DNA from: a virus
Taxonomy: Duplodnaviria; Caudoviricetes
Virus record (IMG/VR): IMGVR_UViG_3300047272_000051
Location: 1 to 28,100 of that record
DNA: 28,100 nt
Strand: one strand, 5' to 3'
Shown: positions 13,527 through 23,683 of the stretch, piece by piece
Layout: each line of letters opens with the position of its first letter
Position numbering within the stretch: the first letter of the stretch is position 1
The notes under the pieces: generated by a model
Databases searched by the model: none
Seen by the model: the letters and a program-made list of their open reading frames with translations, nothing else
What the model was told of the DNA's origin: nothing
Position numbers and translations under genes: made by a program

Positions 13527-14879
13527 CTAACTGACTTGGCCAGTAGCTCTCAATGCCTTTGTGCCTACTGCTGATGTACCACCGAAGGCTGCTAAGCCTG
13601 TCTGACGGATACGAGATGCTTGTGCCTGTGCTGCTGCATCGCCGAACTCTGCAGCGATTGCTTCCTTGGCTCCGAAGTTCTCACCGTAGATAGATGCAAG
13701 GTTGCCTGTAGTCTCAAGTGACTTGGCTGCCTGTGAGTAACGCTGGCGGTTCTGTTCGTATGTGAATGAACCTGCACCGTACTGCTGACCTACTGTTGCA
13801 TCTTCACGACTTAATCCAGCGATAAGAGCTGCTGCTGTATTCATGTTCTTACCAGCAATGTTCTCGAGGATCTTCTGGCCCTTGTTTGGATCCGCAAAGT
13901 ATGCAGTCAATGCTGCATCATCGATACCAAAGAGATCTTGCAGTTCTTTACGAATTGCTGGATCTTTAGCTGCTACGAAGTCTGATGAAGCCTGAAGGGC
14001 TGATGCCACATCTGCCTTGGAGTAATTGTTCTTAAGGAATGTCTGGTAGTCGGCAGGTGAATCGTAGAATCCTGCTGGCTGGTTGTAAGCCTGTAGTACC
14101 TGCTGGTACTCATCTTCCATCCCAATGATTGTTCGTTCGTCTAATGCCTTGAATCCCTTTGCAAGGCGATCCTCATTAACCTTTCCGAATCGGTCATAGT
14201 AAGACTTAGTGTTGATGAGTGCTAGATAGAATCCTTCACCTGTTGTAGGGATTTCATCAAACTTCTTACCAAATCTATCTACGCCTGTACCTTGGTAGAT
14301 GGCGGTGATTTCATCACCGAGTTCCTTCATACCTGCATTAGCAAAGCGTTCCTTAGTAATTTCAAATGCTGACTTACGCTGTGCTGCAGTTGCATCTGCC
14401 TTAGCTTTTTCGGCTGCTGCTGTTGCTGCCTTGTTGGCTGCTTCAATTTGAGCAGTAATACTTGCTTGCATAGCAGCCATCTGCTTTTGGAAATCTGCTG
14501 CTTGCTGAGCAAGCATTGCTTGTATTTCAGCTGCAGTCATTCCAGTTGCAGGTGGTTCGTCTCCACCTTCATCTGTAACAAAATCAGTAGAAGTTGGAAC
14601 AAAGTCACCAGATACTGGATCATATTTATATGGTGCCGTTGGCTCTACTGTTACACCTTGTGGGTCTATATAACCAGTTTCAGTACGAGTAGATCCTACT
14701 GGGATTGGGCCAACAAACATCTTAGGTGCATTTGGATCAACTGGTGTAACCATTGGTGTAAATGCAGAGTTAACTGGTTCAGCAACTGGTGACATGCCAA
14801 GGACTGCTCGTTCTTCGTTGGTAAGTGTGCCACCACCAGTAAGTTTTCTTAATACTTCTCTTGAGTCTAAGTCTGCCAT
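13527..14879 (-). CDS. Probable internal virion (ejection) protein
   Basis: 450 aa. Pro-rich N-terminal part, Ala/Gln coiled coil, helical C-terminal domain; last of a coupled four-gene block. Confidence 0.55.
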   Translation of the reverse strand: MADLDSREVLRKLTGGGTLTNEERAVLGMSPVAEPVNSAFTPMVTPVDPNAPKMFVGPIPVGSTRTETGYIDPQGVTVEPTAPYKYDPVSGDFVPTSTDFVTDEGGDEPPATGMTAAEIQAMLAQQAADFQKQMAAMQASITAQIEAANKAATAAAEKAKADATAAQRKSAFEITKERFANAGMKELGDEITAIYQGTGVDRFGKKFDEIPTTGEGFYLALINTKSYYDRFGKVNEDRLAKGFKALDERTIIGMEDEYQQVLQAYNQPAGFYDSPADYQTFLKNNYSKADVASALQASSDFVAAKDPAIRKELQDLFGIDDAALTAYFADPNKGQKILENIAGKNMNTAAALIAGLSREDATVGQQYGAGSFTYEQNRQRYSQAAKSLETTGNLASIYGENFGAKEAIAAEFGDAAAQAQASRIRQTGLAAFGGTSAVGTKALRATGQVS

Positions 14880-16627
14880 TACCCGATTACTCCGAATCTA
14901 CCCATGACATCGAGTGTGATGCCATCTAATTTCTGTCTAGCATTGGATGTGTACTGCCAGCGGCTATCCTTGAAGAGTTCTTGTTCAAACTCCCACAATG
15001 GCTTAACTGTTGTTGATGTCTTATCGCCAGTTGTAGTAGTTGTACCCATCATGGCTTTACGAATTGTTGGATCCTCTAGATCTAGAGATCCTTCTGGCAC
15101 CTCTAGGATTCGGCTGACTGCACCGATGTAAGGACTTGCAATGGATAAGACTGACTCTCCATTGAGAATACGATCTTTGAAAGCCGGGAATAACTTGATT
15201 GCTTGCTGACGAAGGTTCTCGTCAATAGCCTCTGTAGTTGTATCTCCAAGGTATGCGTTCTTACCAAGATTGGATGCAGCCTCATCTGTAAGGTTAAGAC
15301 CATACTGACGGTACTTCTGCTTAACCATTGCAATGTTCTGGCTGATAGCAGTCTGAACCTTTGGAAGAGATAAGTACTTCTCGGTACGCTTTAACTTCTT
15401 GTCGAAGTCTCCAAGAGATGTTGAAGTCTTGAACAATGTCTGGAAGTTAGCATCATCAAGGCTAAACTGAGATGCTGCCATCTCAAAGCTAGTTGTATAT
15501 GTGTTGATGTAGTCAGCTGCGGCTAGGGCAAAGTCCTTGCCAGCCATCATCTGCTTTGCTACTTCTGGCTTAGTAGTCTGTAGCTGGTATTCACCAATAG
15601 ACTTCATACGAATGTCGTATGCAATCTCTTCTGCAGTCTTTACCTTACCAAGGATCTGATCTCGGTATGAGTCACGAGTAGCAGTATCCAACTTAATACC
15701 GTTGGCTAGTGCAGATGCACCAATGACTGCATAAGTTCTTTCATTGACATCCTTGTACCAAGTTGTATCACGAAGGTATGCCTCGACTTTTGCCGGAGTT
15801 GCGTTTTGGATAGCAAAGCCAACAAGCTTGTCGTAGATAGTCTTGTACTTGCCGCTTTCAGCAGTCTTAAAGTATTCAATAAGAAACTTAGATCCAAAGG
15901 TTCCAAGTCTTGCTTCCTGCTCTGCAGTTAGCTTGGTATCTTTCCCAGTTGCTTTTGCTTTATCTGCTACAGATTTATCTGCTCCTGTTTTCCCACCAGT
16001 AGCACCACCAGTAGTTCCTCCTGTGGCTCCACCTGTGGCTCCACCGGTTGCACCGGATGTTCCACCAGTAGTTCCACCAGCAACTTTATCTTTTACTGCT
16101 GCACCAGCGGTAGTTGAACTCCTACCTGCATTGCCAGTTGCTTGGCTTGGGTTAGGGTAGTTAGGCATGTTGTCAGTTAAGTCTGGGATGCCATCGCCAT
16201 CCGTATCTTTTTCTGCTCCACCGACAGCTGCACCTGATTTAGTAACAAGCTTTCCAGAGTTGTCTACCTCGTACTTACCCTTAGCAAGGTCTTTTGCTTC
16301 TTGATAGGCAACCTTCTGGGCATCTACTGTTGACTGGTAACGCTTAGCATAATACTGAAGATCACGAAGATCAGCAGTAGATAGTTCTTGAGTTTCTTGT
16401 TTACGAATAAGTTGCTTAATTACTACTAAGTCATTATCGATAGATGTCTGCAAACCTTCTGCATACTTTGTACGATTCTGTGCAGTAATCTTAATTCTTT
16501 GTTCTGCAGCATTTGCAGCTTTAATAGAGTCTGCTGCAGCCTTAGCTGCATCACGAGATGCCTTAGCTGCTGCTGCGTTCTTTAATGCATCTGCAACTAA
16601 TTTATTGATGTCTACATTCTCAGCCAT
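14879..16627 (-). CDS. Probable internal virion protein with DxDGDG motif and Gly/Thr linker
   Basis: 582 aa. N-terminal coiled coil, DTDGDGIPD, GGATGGAT repeats, helical C-terminal region. Confidence 0.55.
   Translation of the reverse strand: MAENVDINKLVADALKNAAAAKASRDAAKAAADSIKAANAAEQRIKITAQNRTKYAEGLQTSIDNDLVVIKQLIRKQETQELSTADLRDLQYYAKRYQSTVDAQKVAYQEAKDLAKGKYEVDNSGKLVTKSGAAVGGAEKDTDGDGIPDLTDNMPNYPNPSQATGNAGRSSTTAGAAVKDKVAGGTTGGTSGATGGATGGATGGTTGGATGGKTGADKSVADKAKATGKDTKLTAEQEARLGTFGSKFLIEYFKTAESGKYKTIYDKLVGFAIQNATPAKVEAYLRDTTWYKDVNERTYAVIGASALANGIKLDTATRDSYRDQILGKVKTAEEIAYDIRMKSIGEYQLQTTKPEVAKQMMAGKDFALAAADYINTYTTSFEMAASQFSLDDANFQTLFKTSTSLGDFDKKLKRTEKYLSLPKVQTAISQNIAMVKQKYRQYGLNLTDEAASNLGKNAYLGDTTTEAIDENLRQQAIKLFPAFKDRILNGESVLSIASPYIGAVSRILEVPEGSLDLEDPTIRKAMMGTTTTTGDKTSTTVKPLWEFEQELFKDSRWQYTSNARQKLDGITLDVMGRFGVIG
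15985..16080 (-). repeat. Degenerate 12-nt coding repeat (GGAT/GGTT tetrapeptides)
   Basis: cctgtggctcca x2 and ccagtagttcc x2 encode GGTTGGTSGATGGATGGATGGTTGGATGGKTG. Confidence 0.75.
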
Positions 16628-17382
16628 TATTGACCAGCCGCCAATCTAGCGATGATGTCGCCATATCCATTGAGTTGGTTGTTAACGGCTTCTGGAAGAA
16701 GCTTCTCGTCTGCCATGATGTTCTGTTCAATAACTTCGCCTTTACCAGCCATGTCCAACCCACCAGTTGTCTTAGTTGAGTATGTGTTGCCACTCTGGGT
16801 TGTCGTTGAGATAGAAGGACTTGCTTGTTCTGCCTGAGTCAAAGCTGCACGAAGACGATTCTTTTCACCCTCTGACATGTCACGGCCAAGCAATGTACGA
16901 CCTGCTGAGTCAATGATTGCGTTAGCAGTCTTTGGATCAGATAGGTTGATTGACTTCTGTACCTGTGGGCCACCACCTGCTTTGCCACCTTGCTGATACA
17001 ACTGAGTCATTTCTTCCCATGTATAACCACCTGCAGAGTTAGCCTCTTTTAGTAGATCAGTAAATGCTGCAGTATCTGCAGTACTCCAGAACGAAGTCTG
17101 GAACTCATTCTTGTTGGCATAAAGACCTGACTGCAACATCAAAGTCTTGATGTAGTTCTGATCTTGAGGTGTCTTAAACTTTTCGTTACGGATTGCTAAA
17201 GCCTCTGCATATGTACCGTTGTAAAGGGCTGTGAATAATCCACCACCAGCAGTTACTTTCTTTCCGTTTACATCTGTAGTCATCTGACCCGGACGATAAA
17301 CCTGAGTGTTCTGCAATGGATAGTTAGTGCCTCTTGAAGAAGAAGCAGCACCGGCTACCGGTGCAATAATCTCATCTGCCAT
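16627..17382 (-). CDS. Probable internal virion protein
   Basis: 251 aa, TAATG-coupled to both neighbours. Confidence 0.55.
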   Translation of the reverse strand: MADEIIAPVAGAASSSRGTNYPLQNTQVYRPGQMTTDVNGKKVTAGGGLFTALYNGTYAEALAIRNEKFKTPQDQNYIKTLMLQSGLYANKNEFQTSFWSTADTAAFTDLLKEANSAGGYTWEEMTQLYQQGGKAGGGPQVQKSINLSDPKTANAIIDSAGRTLLGRDMSEGEKNRLRAALTQAEQASPSISTTTQSGNTYSTKTTGGLDMAGKGEVIEQNIMADEKLLPEAVNNQLNGYGDIIARLAAGQ

Positions 17383-20300
17383 TAGTTATTCCCTGTCTCT
17401 GTGGCGAATACACGCCAGTACATAACGCTGAATGATGGATACTGAGCAATAATTCTATACGCTGATTCGTCTAACCACTCAGCAACATTGCTTACTGATT
17501 TTGCAGTTAGTGTCTTAAATCCTGCAGCTGCTGCAGAATCCAATGCTGCCTTGCGATACTGCAAGAACTCAGCAAGACCCTTGCCTGATTCAGTATTTGC
17601 AAACTTAGGTTCTGTGACCGCTTGCTCTAGTTCCTTAACCAAAGTCTCACGAGGTACACCTGCAGAACGGAAGTCTGGCTGTCCACCGAAGTCAGCATCT
17701 AATGCTTCCTTACGAGTCATGTAAATCTCATGAGCCAACTTAGGATCTTCGCCGTCACGAACGGCGATAGCTTCATCAGATTGCAACTTAGCCTTACGGG
17801 CTGTGTATACATAACGAGCTGCTTCCATCTGCATTTCTGCTGGAGTCAACTTGAAACGCTTACCTGACTGCTCTTGCCACTTAGCAAACTCTTGTGAGTA
17901 TTGTCCGCCGGGGAAGAAGAGGGCAAACGCATTTGCATACTTAGTAGCATCTGCACGGTTGTTTGTGTAGAACTTCCATGCTTCATCAGTAGGTTGGATA
18001 CCACCACGGGATCCAGATACCAATGAGAAGAGTGCTGCATCTCCGTACTTATCTGCCCACTTGGCAACTGCTAGTGCATAGTTGTCTGGGTTGTTAGCAC
18101 GGATCTGTAAGAAGTCATTGACCATAAGAGCCTGTACATGTAACTCGCCAGTCTTATCCTTAGCAAGAATCTGAGGTGCAATAGCACCGGGAGCGATGTT
18201 GGCTGTAATACCACGCCATAGGGCGAGGACTCGGTTCAGCTTTGTAGCATCATCGAGAAGCTTTTCGGTCTGTGTGTTGTCCAATGGGAACTCACCGTAC
18301 TTACCAGTAGTGGCAAGGTAGGTCATAATCGGACGAAGGGTAGAGAGGTTCTTAGCCTCGTAGTTATCCATTCCAAGGCCGAATAGAAGGCGTTGGGCCC
18401 ATGCTGGGGTGAATGTCTCCACGATGCCTTGGGCTCCCGGCTCTGGGGCTCCAAACGGATATATGATGTCTCGTAGCTGATCTGCTATCCAGCCATTCTG
18501 ATTCTGTACAACCTTACCCAGAGTCAACTGCATGGCTGGGCCTACACCCGGTAACAATTCGTTACTAAAGGCCATGTTGAGTGACGGGATGGAAAGCGAT
18601 GTAGGCATGCCCGGTACCTTCTCACCAGAGGTGATAGATAGCATGCCACCAAGAATGTCACCTGCTAGAGGGATGACCATACGAGGATCACCATAGGTTG
18701 GATCCTTGTAGATAAAGCCTTGGCTTGGGTCATTCCAGTTGGCGTTAGTCCACTCGTAGATTACGCCAGTCTCAGGATGTGTAAGGAACTCAAAAGCATT
18801 AGCTGCCTTGTATACACGAGCATTGCCCTGAAGACGGAATGTGTTAGCCACATCCTTTGTAATCAACTTAGACCAGACACCCATGGTGTTTGCCCATGCT
18901 GAGATAAACGGTGCTACCAAACGGAAGGCTGCTGCATATTGCTTCTGTCGAGTTGCATCGTAGAAAAGTTTCTGGATCTCATCGGCTGCTAACTTCTGGC
19001 CGTACTCATCCATCTCCTTGAGTCCAATGCCACGGTCATCAAGAGTCTTGATTCCCTCACGCATACGAACCAATGCTGGGTTCTGGAATGATGCTGGCTT
19101 ACCAAAGAAGGTAGTGCCGCGAAGTTCTTTCTCAGCCTGAGCCAATGCCTTCTCGGCATCAGTCTTGTTCATAAGGTTGATGTTCTCAGCAATCTTCTTC
19201 CAGTATTGCTGACGATACTCTGGCCCTAGAGACATACGCTTTTCAACAGATGCTGAATAACGGAAGAAGGCAGATGCTGCCTTATCCCAAGTTCCCTTAA
19301 GAACTGCTGCTTGAGCAAAGTCTTCTGCTGGCAAACGAAGCTGACCGATAACACGGCTGACATCTTCTGTGCTGCGATACTCATTAAGGATACGACCAAG
19401 CCATGCATCCTTAGCAGTCTTACCTGCTGGATCATAACCAAGCTTACCTGTAAGTCTTTCACCCTTGGCACTAACCATTGGGCCACCAGCGATGTAGTTA
19501 CGGATCTCTGGACGACCTACTGAAATCTCATCAATAGCCTTACCTGCTGTTTCTAGATAGAAACGAATAGCTTGCTTAGCAACTACTGGATCATCTGACA
19601 TCAAGACACCACGGCTAGTCTCATCGACCTTTGCAATTTGAGCAATCAGATCTTTGCCACGCTTTGTTTCAACTAAGAAGTCTGTAACTATGTCTAGATA
19701 GTTATCAGCAAGGGTCATACCCTGTGCTTTCTTAAGTTCAACAAACGCTACTGCTTCTGGGAATGTGTACTTAAATACACCGTTAACTTGAGTTCCCTTA
19801 AGAAGACCACCTGCAACCAAGCGGCTGACTTGTGACTCACGGTTAATGAGAACTGCAGATGCCCATGCACGGTTGAACTGGCGTTCTGTTGAATCAACGA
19901 AACGCATACCAGTAGGTAGAAGACCTGAACGAGATCCTGCACCAACACCCTTGCCAACTTGACGATTCATCATTGCTGCATACTTATCTGCATCAGCAAG
20001 TGCTGCACCACGGAAACCTGCAGAGTCTGACTGCTCAATCAAATCACGGAATGATGTACCAAAGATGTTGTTATCAAAGCGTGAGAAGTTTGTTAAGTAC
20101 TTACGAGCTGCTGATCCATTAGGGTTTGCCATCATCGTTGAGATAAATTGCAATGGGTGTGAGAATAATGTTGATGATCCTGCTAGGAACGAACGAACCT
20201 GCATATCGAGGATATTTCGCTGGATATAAGAGATTCGACCAACGAGAACTGTCTGCTTGAAGAATGAGTCAAGTGCTTCTGTTGTGAAGGCTCGGAACTG

Positions 20301-23270
20301 CTGGACTGACTCAGACTTTGAAAGTATGTTTCTAGTGGATCCGGTAAGTTGCCGCATTGCGTTAGTGTCTGGCCACTTGATAAAATTCGTAAGTTGTGAG
20401 TCAAGGAATGGATCCAAGGTAGAGAAAGTAAGCTTCTTACCATCGATAACCATTTCTGCTGTAGTCTCGCCATCACGAATTGCATTGGCAAGGAAGTTGC
20501 GATGCATCTGCTGTTCACGCTTGAACACTCGTGCTGCATCCTGAAGAAGACGGCCCTGCTCTTCGTTGAGCTTAGGCAACTGTTCTTTGACGATACCTTG
20601 GATAGTATCGATGAAAATGTTAAATCGTTCTGATGATGTTGTTGAATCCATCATCTTCTTAGTCATCTCGACACGAAGCTTTTCTGACCCACCGAGGAAC
20701 GGAATGTTATCGTTCAACTGCTTGGTGAGTTTATCTACATCATCAAGATGTAGCAGACCTTGCTCTGGTGCAAAGCGGCTAAGTTGTGCAAGTCGCTTGT
20801 CATTACGAAGTAGGTCTACACCCTTTTCTAATGCACGAGATGTGTAGAAGTTATTAACAAGGCCCCATGTCACACCGAGTTCACGAGGTGCATAGACACC
20901 TGGGTTATGTGTGATTGCACGACCAGCCTGTGCTGCCAAAGCAATCTTTGTACCACGAGTAAGATCTAGTCCGATCTCGCCAGCAAGGATGCCAAGTACT
21001 TCCATCTCTGTCTTAGCAGCTGCAAGAAGCTTGGCTGTATTAACGGTGATGTCACCATTCATTGCTCGCCATAGTTCGTAGTACTGCTTGTCGTCATAAT
21101 GGTTAGCAATAAATCTTGCTACATTCTGACCGAGCTTTCCGAACATTGCATCGGATGCTGCTTGGAAGTTAAGGATGTTCTTGCCATCGATATTGGTTAG
21201 ACCAAAGAGTGCCTCTGTTGCAACCTGACGGCGACCACGAGCTTCTTCAAGTAGAGCCTTGGCTTCTGCCTGAGTCTTTGCATGATCCTTAACAAACTGA
21301 AGATCTGCTTTGTAGATAGCATCAAGGCGATCAAACTCAGCTTGTACTGCTTCACGAGTCTTGCCTTTTTCTACAATCTCTTTATCGATCTGTGCAATCT
21401 TCTCACGAGCAGTTAACTTAGGAGCCAACGCTGTTGCAGATAGATTCTCAACCTGCTGTGTAATTGCTTCAGGTGTTGTGAAAGCCTGTGGCCCAACATC
21501 ACGAATATCTGGAGATGCAATCGCAGACTCACCACGCTTAGCAAACTCTGTAACACGAGCAGGGAAGATGTCTGTAGTACGAGGGAAGTAAGCAAAGCCA
21601 CCACCACCTGCACCACGAGCTACACCAAGATTCTCAAATCCTTGGAATCCAAGCTTCTCGTATGCTGCATAAAGATTATCTACAAGTCCAGCCTTCTGGG
21701 CTGCTGCAACAATCTCACCATGTGTAGCACCTGCTACATCAATCTCATCAATTACACTCTGGATAAGATCATCAGATGCACCTGCTGCAGTTGCTTCATC
21801 GATGAACTTTCCACCGAGTTCGTTACCAAGGCGAGTAGCCTGTGGTGAATCTCCAGCCTTAACAAAGCCAGTCCACTTAATGAGGTTAGGCTTTTGCTTT
21901 TCTGCTACACGAACTGCAAGTTCTTCACCATTGCGAAGACCAAGAGTTGCTGGACGATTACCCTTCTTAAGACCTGCCTCACCAATGGTGTGGATAAGTC
22001 CGGGAGCAAGTTCTTCTTGTGTACGAAGTCTTGCTGCATCTTCGATGATGCTATCAAATGTAGGTGCTGCATCAAGGATGCCCTGAACTTCTGCTGCACG
22101 AGTAGAACTGTTCAACTCCAAGCGATACTGCATGAAGGTTTCTTCTGCTCGCTTCTCGCCAGTAAGACGAGCCGCTTCTTGATCTGCTCGCTTTAATTCT
22201 GTGAGATAAACATTACGGCGTTGGAAGGTTTCACCAAACTCAGCATTTACTTGATCCGCTGATGCCTTGGCACTATAGACAAGATCAGAGAGTCTTTCGA
22301 TCTCTGGCATCATCTCTTCTACATCTTGTGCATGCTTAAGGATGTCACCTTCAAGCATCTCTGCATTACCAGATGCAATACGCTGTTCTGCACGATACTT
22401 AGTGATGTCTTCTGCTACATCTTCATAAGCACGGCGAACCTCTTTTAGAGGTGCTGCCTTTGCTTCTGCGGCTCTTGCTGCTGCCTTTGGGCCAACACGA
22501 AGTGTTACGCCAACCTTTCCAGCCTCACGACCAATCTTAAGAAGGCCAACACCCGGAACATAAGTCAATGGGTCTGCTGCTAAGTTAAGAACTAAGCCAG
22601 AGACTGCTTGGAATGTACGAGCTGCCTTTGTATCTGGATCCTCAAAGATTGCCTGTGTAAGACCTGAAGCATATGTCCATGGAACATTGCCCTTCATCTT
22701 TGGGCCGCCAGCAATCTGCGACTTAAGGAGAGCCTTACCTACTGCAGAGTTACGATCTACTCCGAGGAATCCTGTACCTACATCGAACTTACCTGTAGTT
22801 ACAAGTGACTTTAATGCCTGACCTGATTGTGTCTCGTCAAATGTATTGAATATAGTTGGAACACGACCAGCGGCAATCTGACGGAATGATGACTCAAGCA
22901 ACTCAAATGGAGTTGTAAGTGCCATGAACGCAGTACGAGTAAGAGGTGCAAGGAAGTCTGCAGGTGAACCTTTAGTGGTTTTGTTTTGTTCCTTGATCTT
23001 AGCCGCTGCTTGGATAGCAGCATTGCGTTGTGTATCTAAGTAAGACTGTGCATCCAATGTAGATGCTGCGTTAGCAGTAGCACCGTAAGGTGTAGCACCT
23101 GCTTTAGCCAACGCTAAAACGGTACCGGCACCTGCTGTTGGATATGTCTTAGCAAGTGTAGATACCTGCTTAGCAAATTGTGGGTTTAAGTACTTTGCTT
23201 CTTGGGCTTTACGCCAAGCATCGTACTCTGGTGTTCCGGCTGTCGGAACTGCGAATGGGTTCTCTGCCAC
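17382..23270 (-). CDS. Very large helical protein, probable DNA ejection/internal virion protein
   Basis: 1962 aa, Ala-rich and helical with coiled coils. DPLTYVPG motif near the N-terminus and LPGVGP..Q...G motif near the C-terminus, as in podovirus internal proteins. Inferred. Confidence 0.6.
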   Translation of the reverse strand: MAENPFAVPTAGTPEYDAWRKAQEAKYLNPQFAKQVSTLAKTYPTAGAGTVLALAKAGATPYGATANAASTLDAQSYLDTQRNAAIQAAAKIKEQNKTTKGSPADFLAPLTRTAFMALTTPFELLESSFRQIAAGRVPTIFNTFDETQSGQALKSLVTTGKFDVGTGFLGVDRNSAVGKALLKSQIAGGPKMKGNVPWTYASGLTQAIFEDPDTKAARTFQAVSGLVLNLAADPLTYVPGVGLLKIGREAGKVGVTLRVGPKAAARAAEAKAAPLKEVRRAYEDVAEDITKYRAEQRIASGNAEMLEGDILKHAQDVEEMMPEIERLSDLVYSAKASADQVNAEFGETFQRRNVYLTELKRADQEAARLTGEKRAEETFMQYRLELNSSTRAAEVQGILDAAPTFDSIIEDAARLRTQEELAPGLIHTIGEAGLKKGNRPATLGLRNGEELAVRVAEKQKPNLIKWTGFVKAGDSPQATRLGNELGGKFIDEATAAGASDDLIQSVIDEIDVAGATHGEIVAAAQKAGLVDNLYAAYEKLGFQGFENLGVARGAGGGGFAYFPRTTDIFPARVTEFAKRGESAIASPDIRDVGPQAFTTPEAITQQVENLSATALAPKLTAREKIAQIDKEIVEKGKTREAVQAEFDRLDAIYKADLQFVKDHAKTQAEAKALLEEARGRRQVATEALFGLTNIDGKNILNFQAASDAMFGKLGQNVARFIANHYDDKQYYELWRAMNGDITVNTAKLLAAAKTEMEVLGILAGEIGLDLTRGTKIALAAQAGRAITHNPGVYAPRELGVTWGLVNNFYTSRALEKGVDLLRNDKRLAQLSRFAPEQGLLHLDDVDKLTKQLNDNIPFLGGSEKLRVEMTKKMMDSTTSSERFNIFIDTIQGIVKEQLPKLNEEQGRLLQDAARVFKREQQMHRNFLANAIRDGETTAEMVIDGKKLTFSTLDPFLDSQLTNFIKWPDTNAMRQLTGSTRNILSKSESVQQFRAFTTEALDSFFKQTVLVGRISYIQRNILDMQVRSFLAGSSTLFSHPLQFISTMMANPNGSAARKYLTNFSRFDNNIFGTSFRDLIEQSDSAGFRGAALADADKYAAMMNRQVGKGVGAGSRSGLLPTGMRFVDSTERQFNRAWASAVLINRESQVSRLVAGGLLKGTQVNGVFKYTFPEAVAFVELKKAQGMTLADNYLDIVTDFLVETKRGKDLIAQIAKVDETSRGVLMSDDPVVAKQAIRFYLETAGKAIDEISVGRPEIRNYIAGGPMVSAKGERLTGKLGYDPAGKTAKDAWLGRILNEYRSTEDVSRVIGQLRLPAEDFAQAAVLKGTWDKAASAFFRYSASVEKRMSLGPEYRQQYWKKIAENINLMNKTDAEKALAQAEKELRGTTFFGKPASFQNPALVRMREGIKTLDDRGIGLKEMDEYGQKLAADEIQKLFYDATRQKQYAAAFRLVAPFISAWANTMGVWSKLITKDVANTFRLQGNARVYKAANAFEFLTHPETGVIYEWTNANWNDPSQGFIYKDPTYGDPRMVIPLAGDILGGMLSITSGEKVPGMPTSLSIPSLNMAFSNELLPGVGPAMQLTLGKVVQNQNGWIADQLRDIIYPFGAPEPGAQGIVETFTPAWAQRLLFGLGMDNYEAKNLSTLRPIMTYLATTGKYGEFPLDNTQTEKLLDDATKLNRVLALWRGITANIAPGAIAPQILAKDKTGELHVQALMVNDFLQIRANNPDNYALAVAKWADKYGDAALFSLVSGSRGGIQPTDEAWKFYTNNRADATKYANAFALFFPGGQYSQEFAKWQEQSGKRFKLTPAEMQMEAARYVYTARKAKLQSDEAIAVRDGEDPKLAHEIYMTRKEALDADFGGQPDFRSAGVPRETLVKELEQAVTEPKFANTESGKGLAEFLQYRKAALDSAAAAGFKTLTAKSVSNVAEWLDESAYRIIAQYPSFSVMYWRVFATETGNN

Positions 23271-23683
23271 TAAGCACGACCCTCTGCTTTAAGTCTTTGT
23301 GCAAGACGGGTAATATCAGGGTCAGGGAATCGAGATGCAAGAGCCATGATGAGCTTTGCTGTTTCGTCCTGAGCCTGTGGTGGCATTGGGAGAATAGATG
23401 AATCACGACCTGCACCCCAGTCGGCACCTTCGGTAATCTCGATGTCGCGGTTAGGGTTTGGTTCTTCAAAGTTAGTACGAGGTGCTGGTGTTCCACCACC
23501 CATGGTTCCCATGGATACTGGTGTTCCCTCTGCTGCAGCTAATGGTGCTTGTGTCTGCATGTTGTACATGTCCTGTCCTGCTCCGTATGAATCCGCAGGG
23601 ATCTGCATTGCAGCCTGACGACCTGTGTATCCGTCAGGTGTGGAGTAAACGCCGGGCCCTGAGACCTTAATGCCATCAGCCAT
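23270..23683 (-). CDS. Pro/Gly-rich hypothetical protein (137 aa, start revised)
   Basis: ATG at 23683 has SD GGAG 7 nt upstream, giving MADGIKVSGPGVYS...; preferred over 23704. Confidence 0.7.
   Translation of the reverse strand: MADGIKVSGPGVYSTPDGYTGRQAAMQIPADSYGAGQDMYNMQTQAPLAAAEGTPVSMGTMGGGTPAPRTNFEEPNPNRDIEITEGADWGAGRDSSILPMPPQAQDETAKLIMALASRFPDPDITRLAQRLKAEGRA

Noticed and set aside
17382-23270. Tape measure protein or virion RNA polymerase
   Set aside because: No major tail or tail-chaperone frameshift genes nearby, no periodic aromatic repeats, and no polymerase catalytic motifs recognised; not formally excluded without profile searches.
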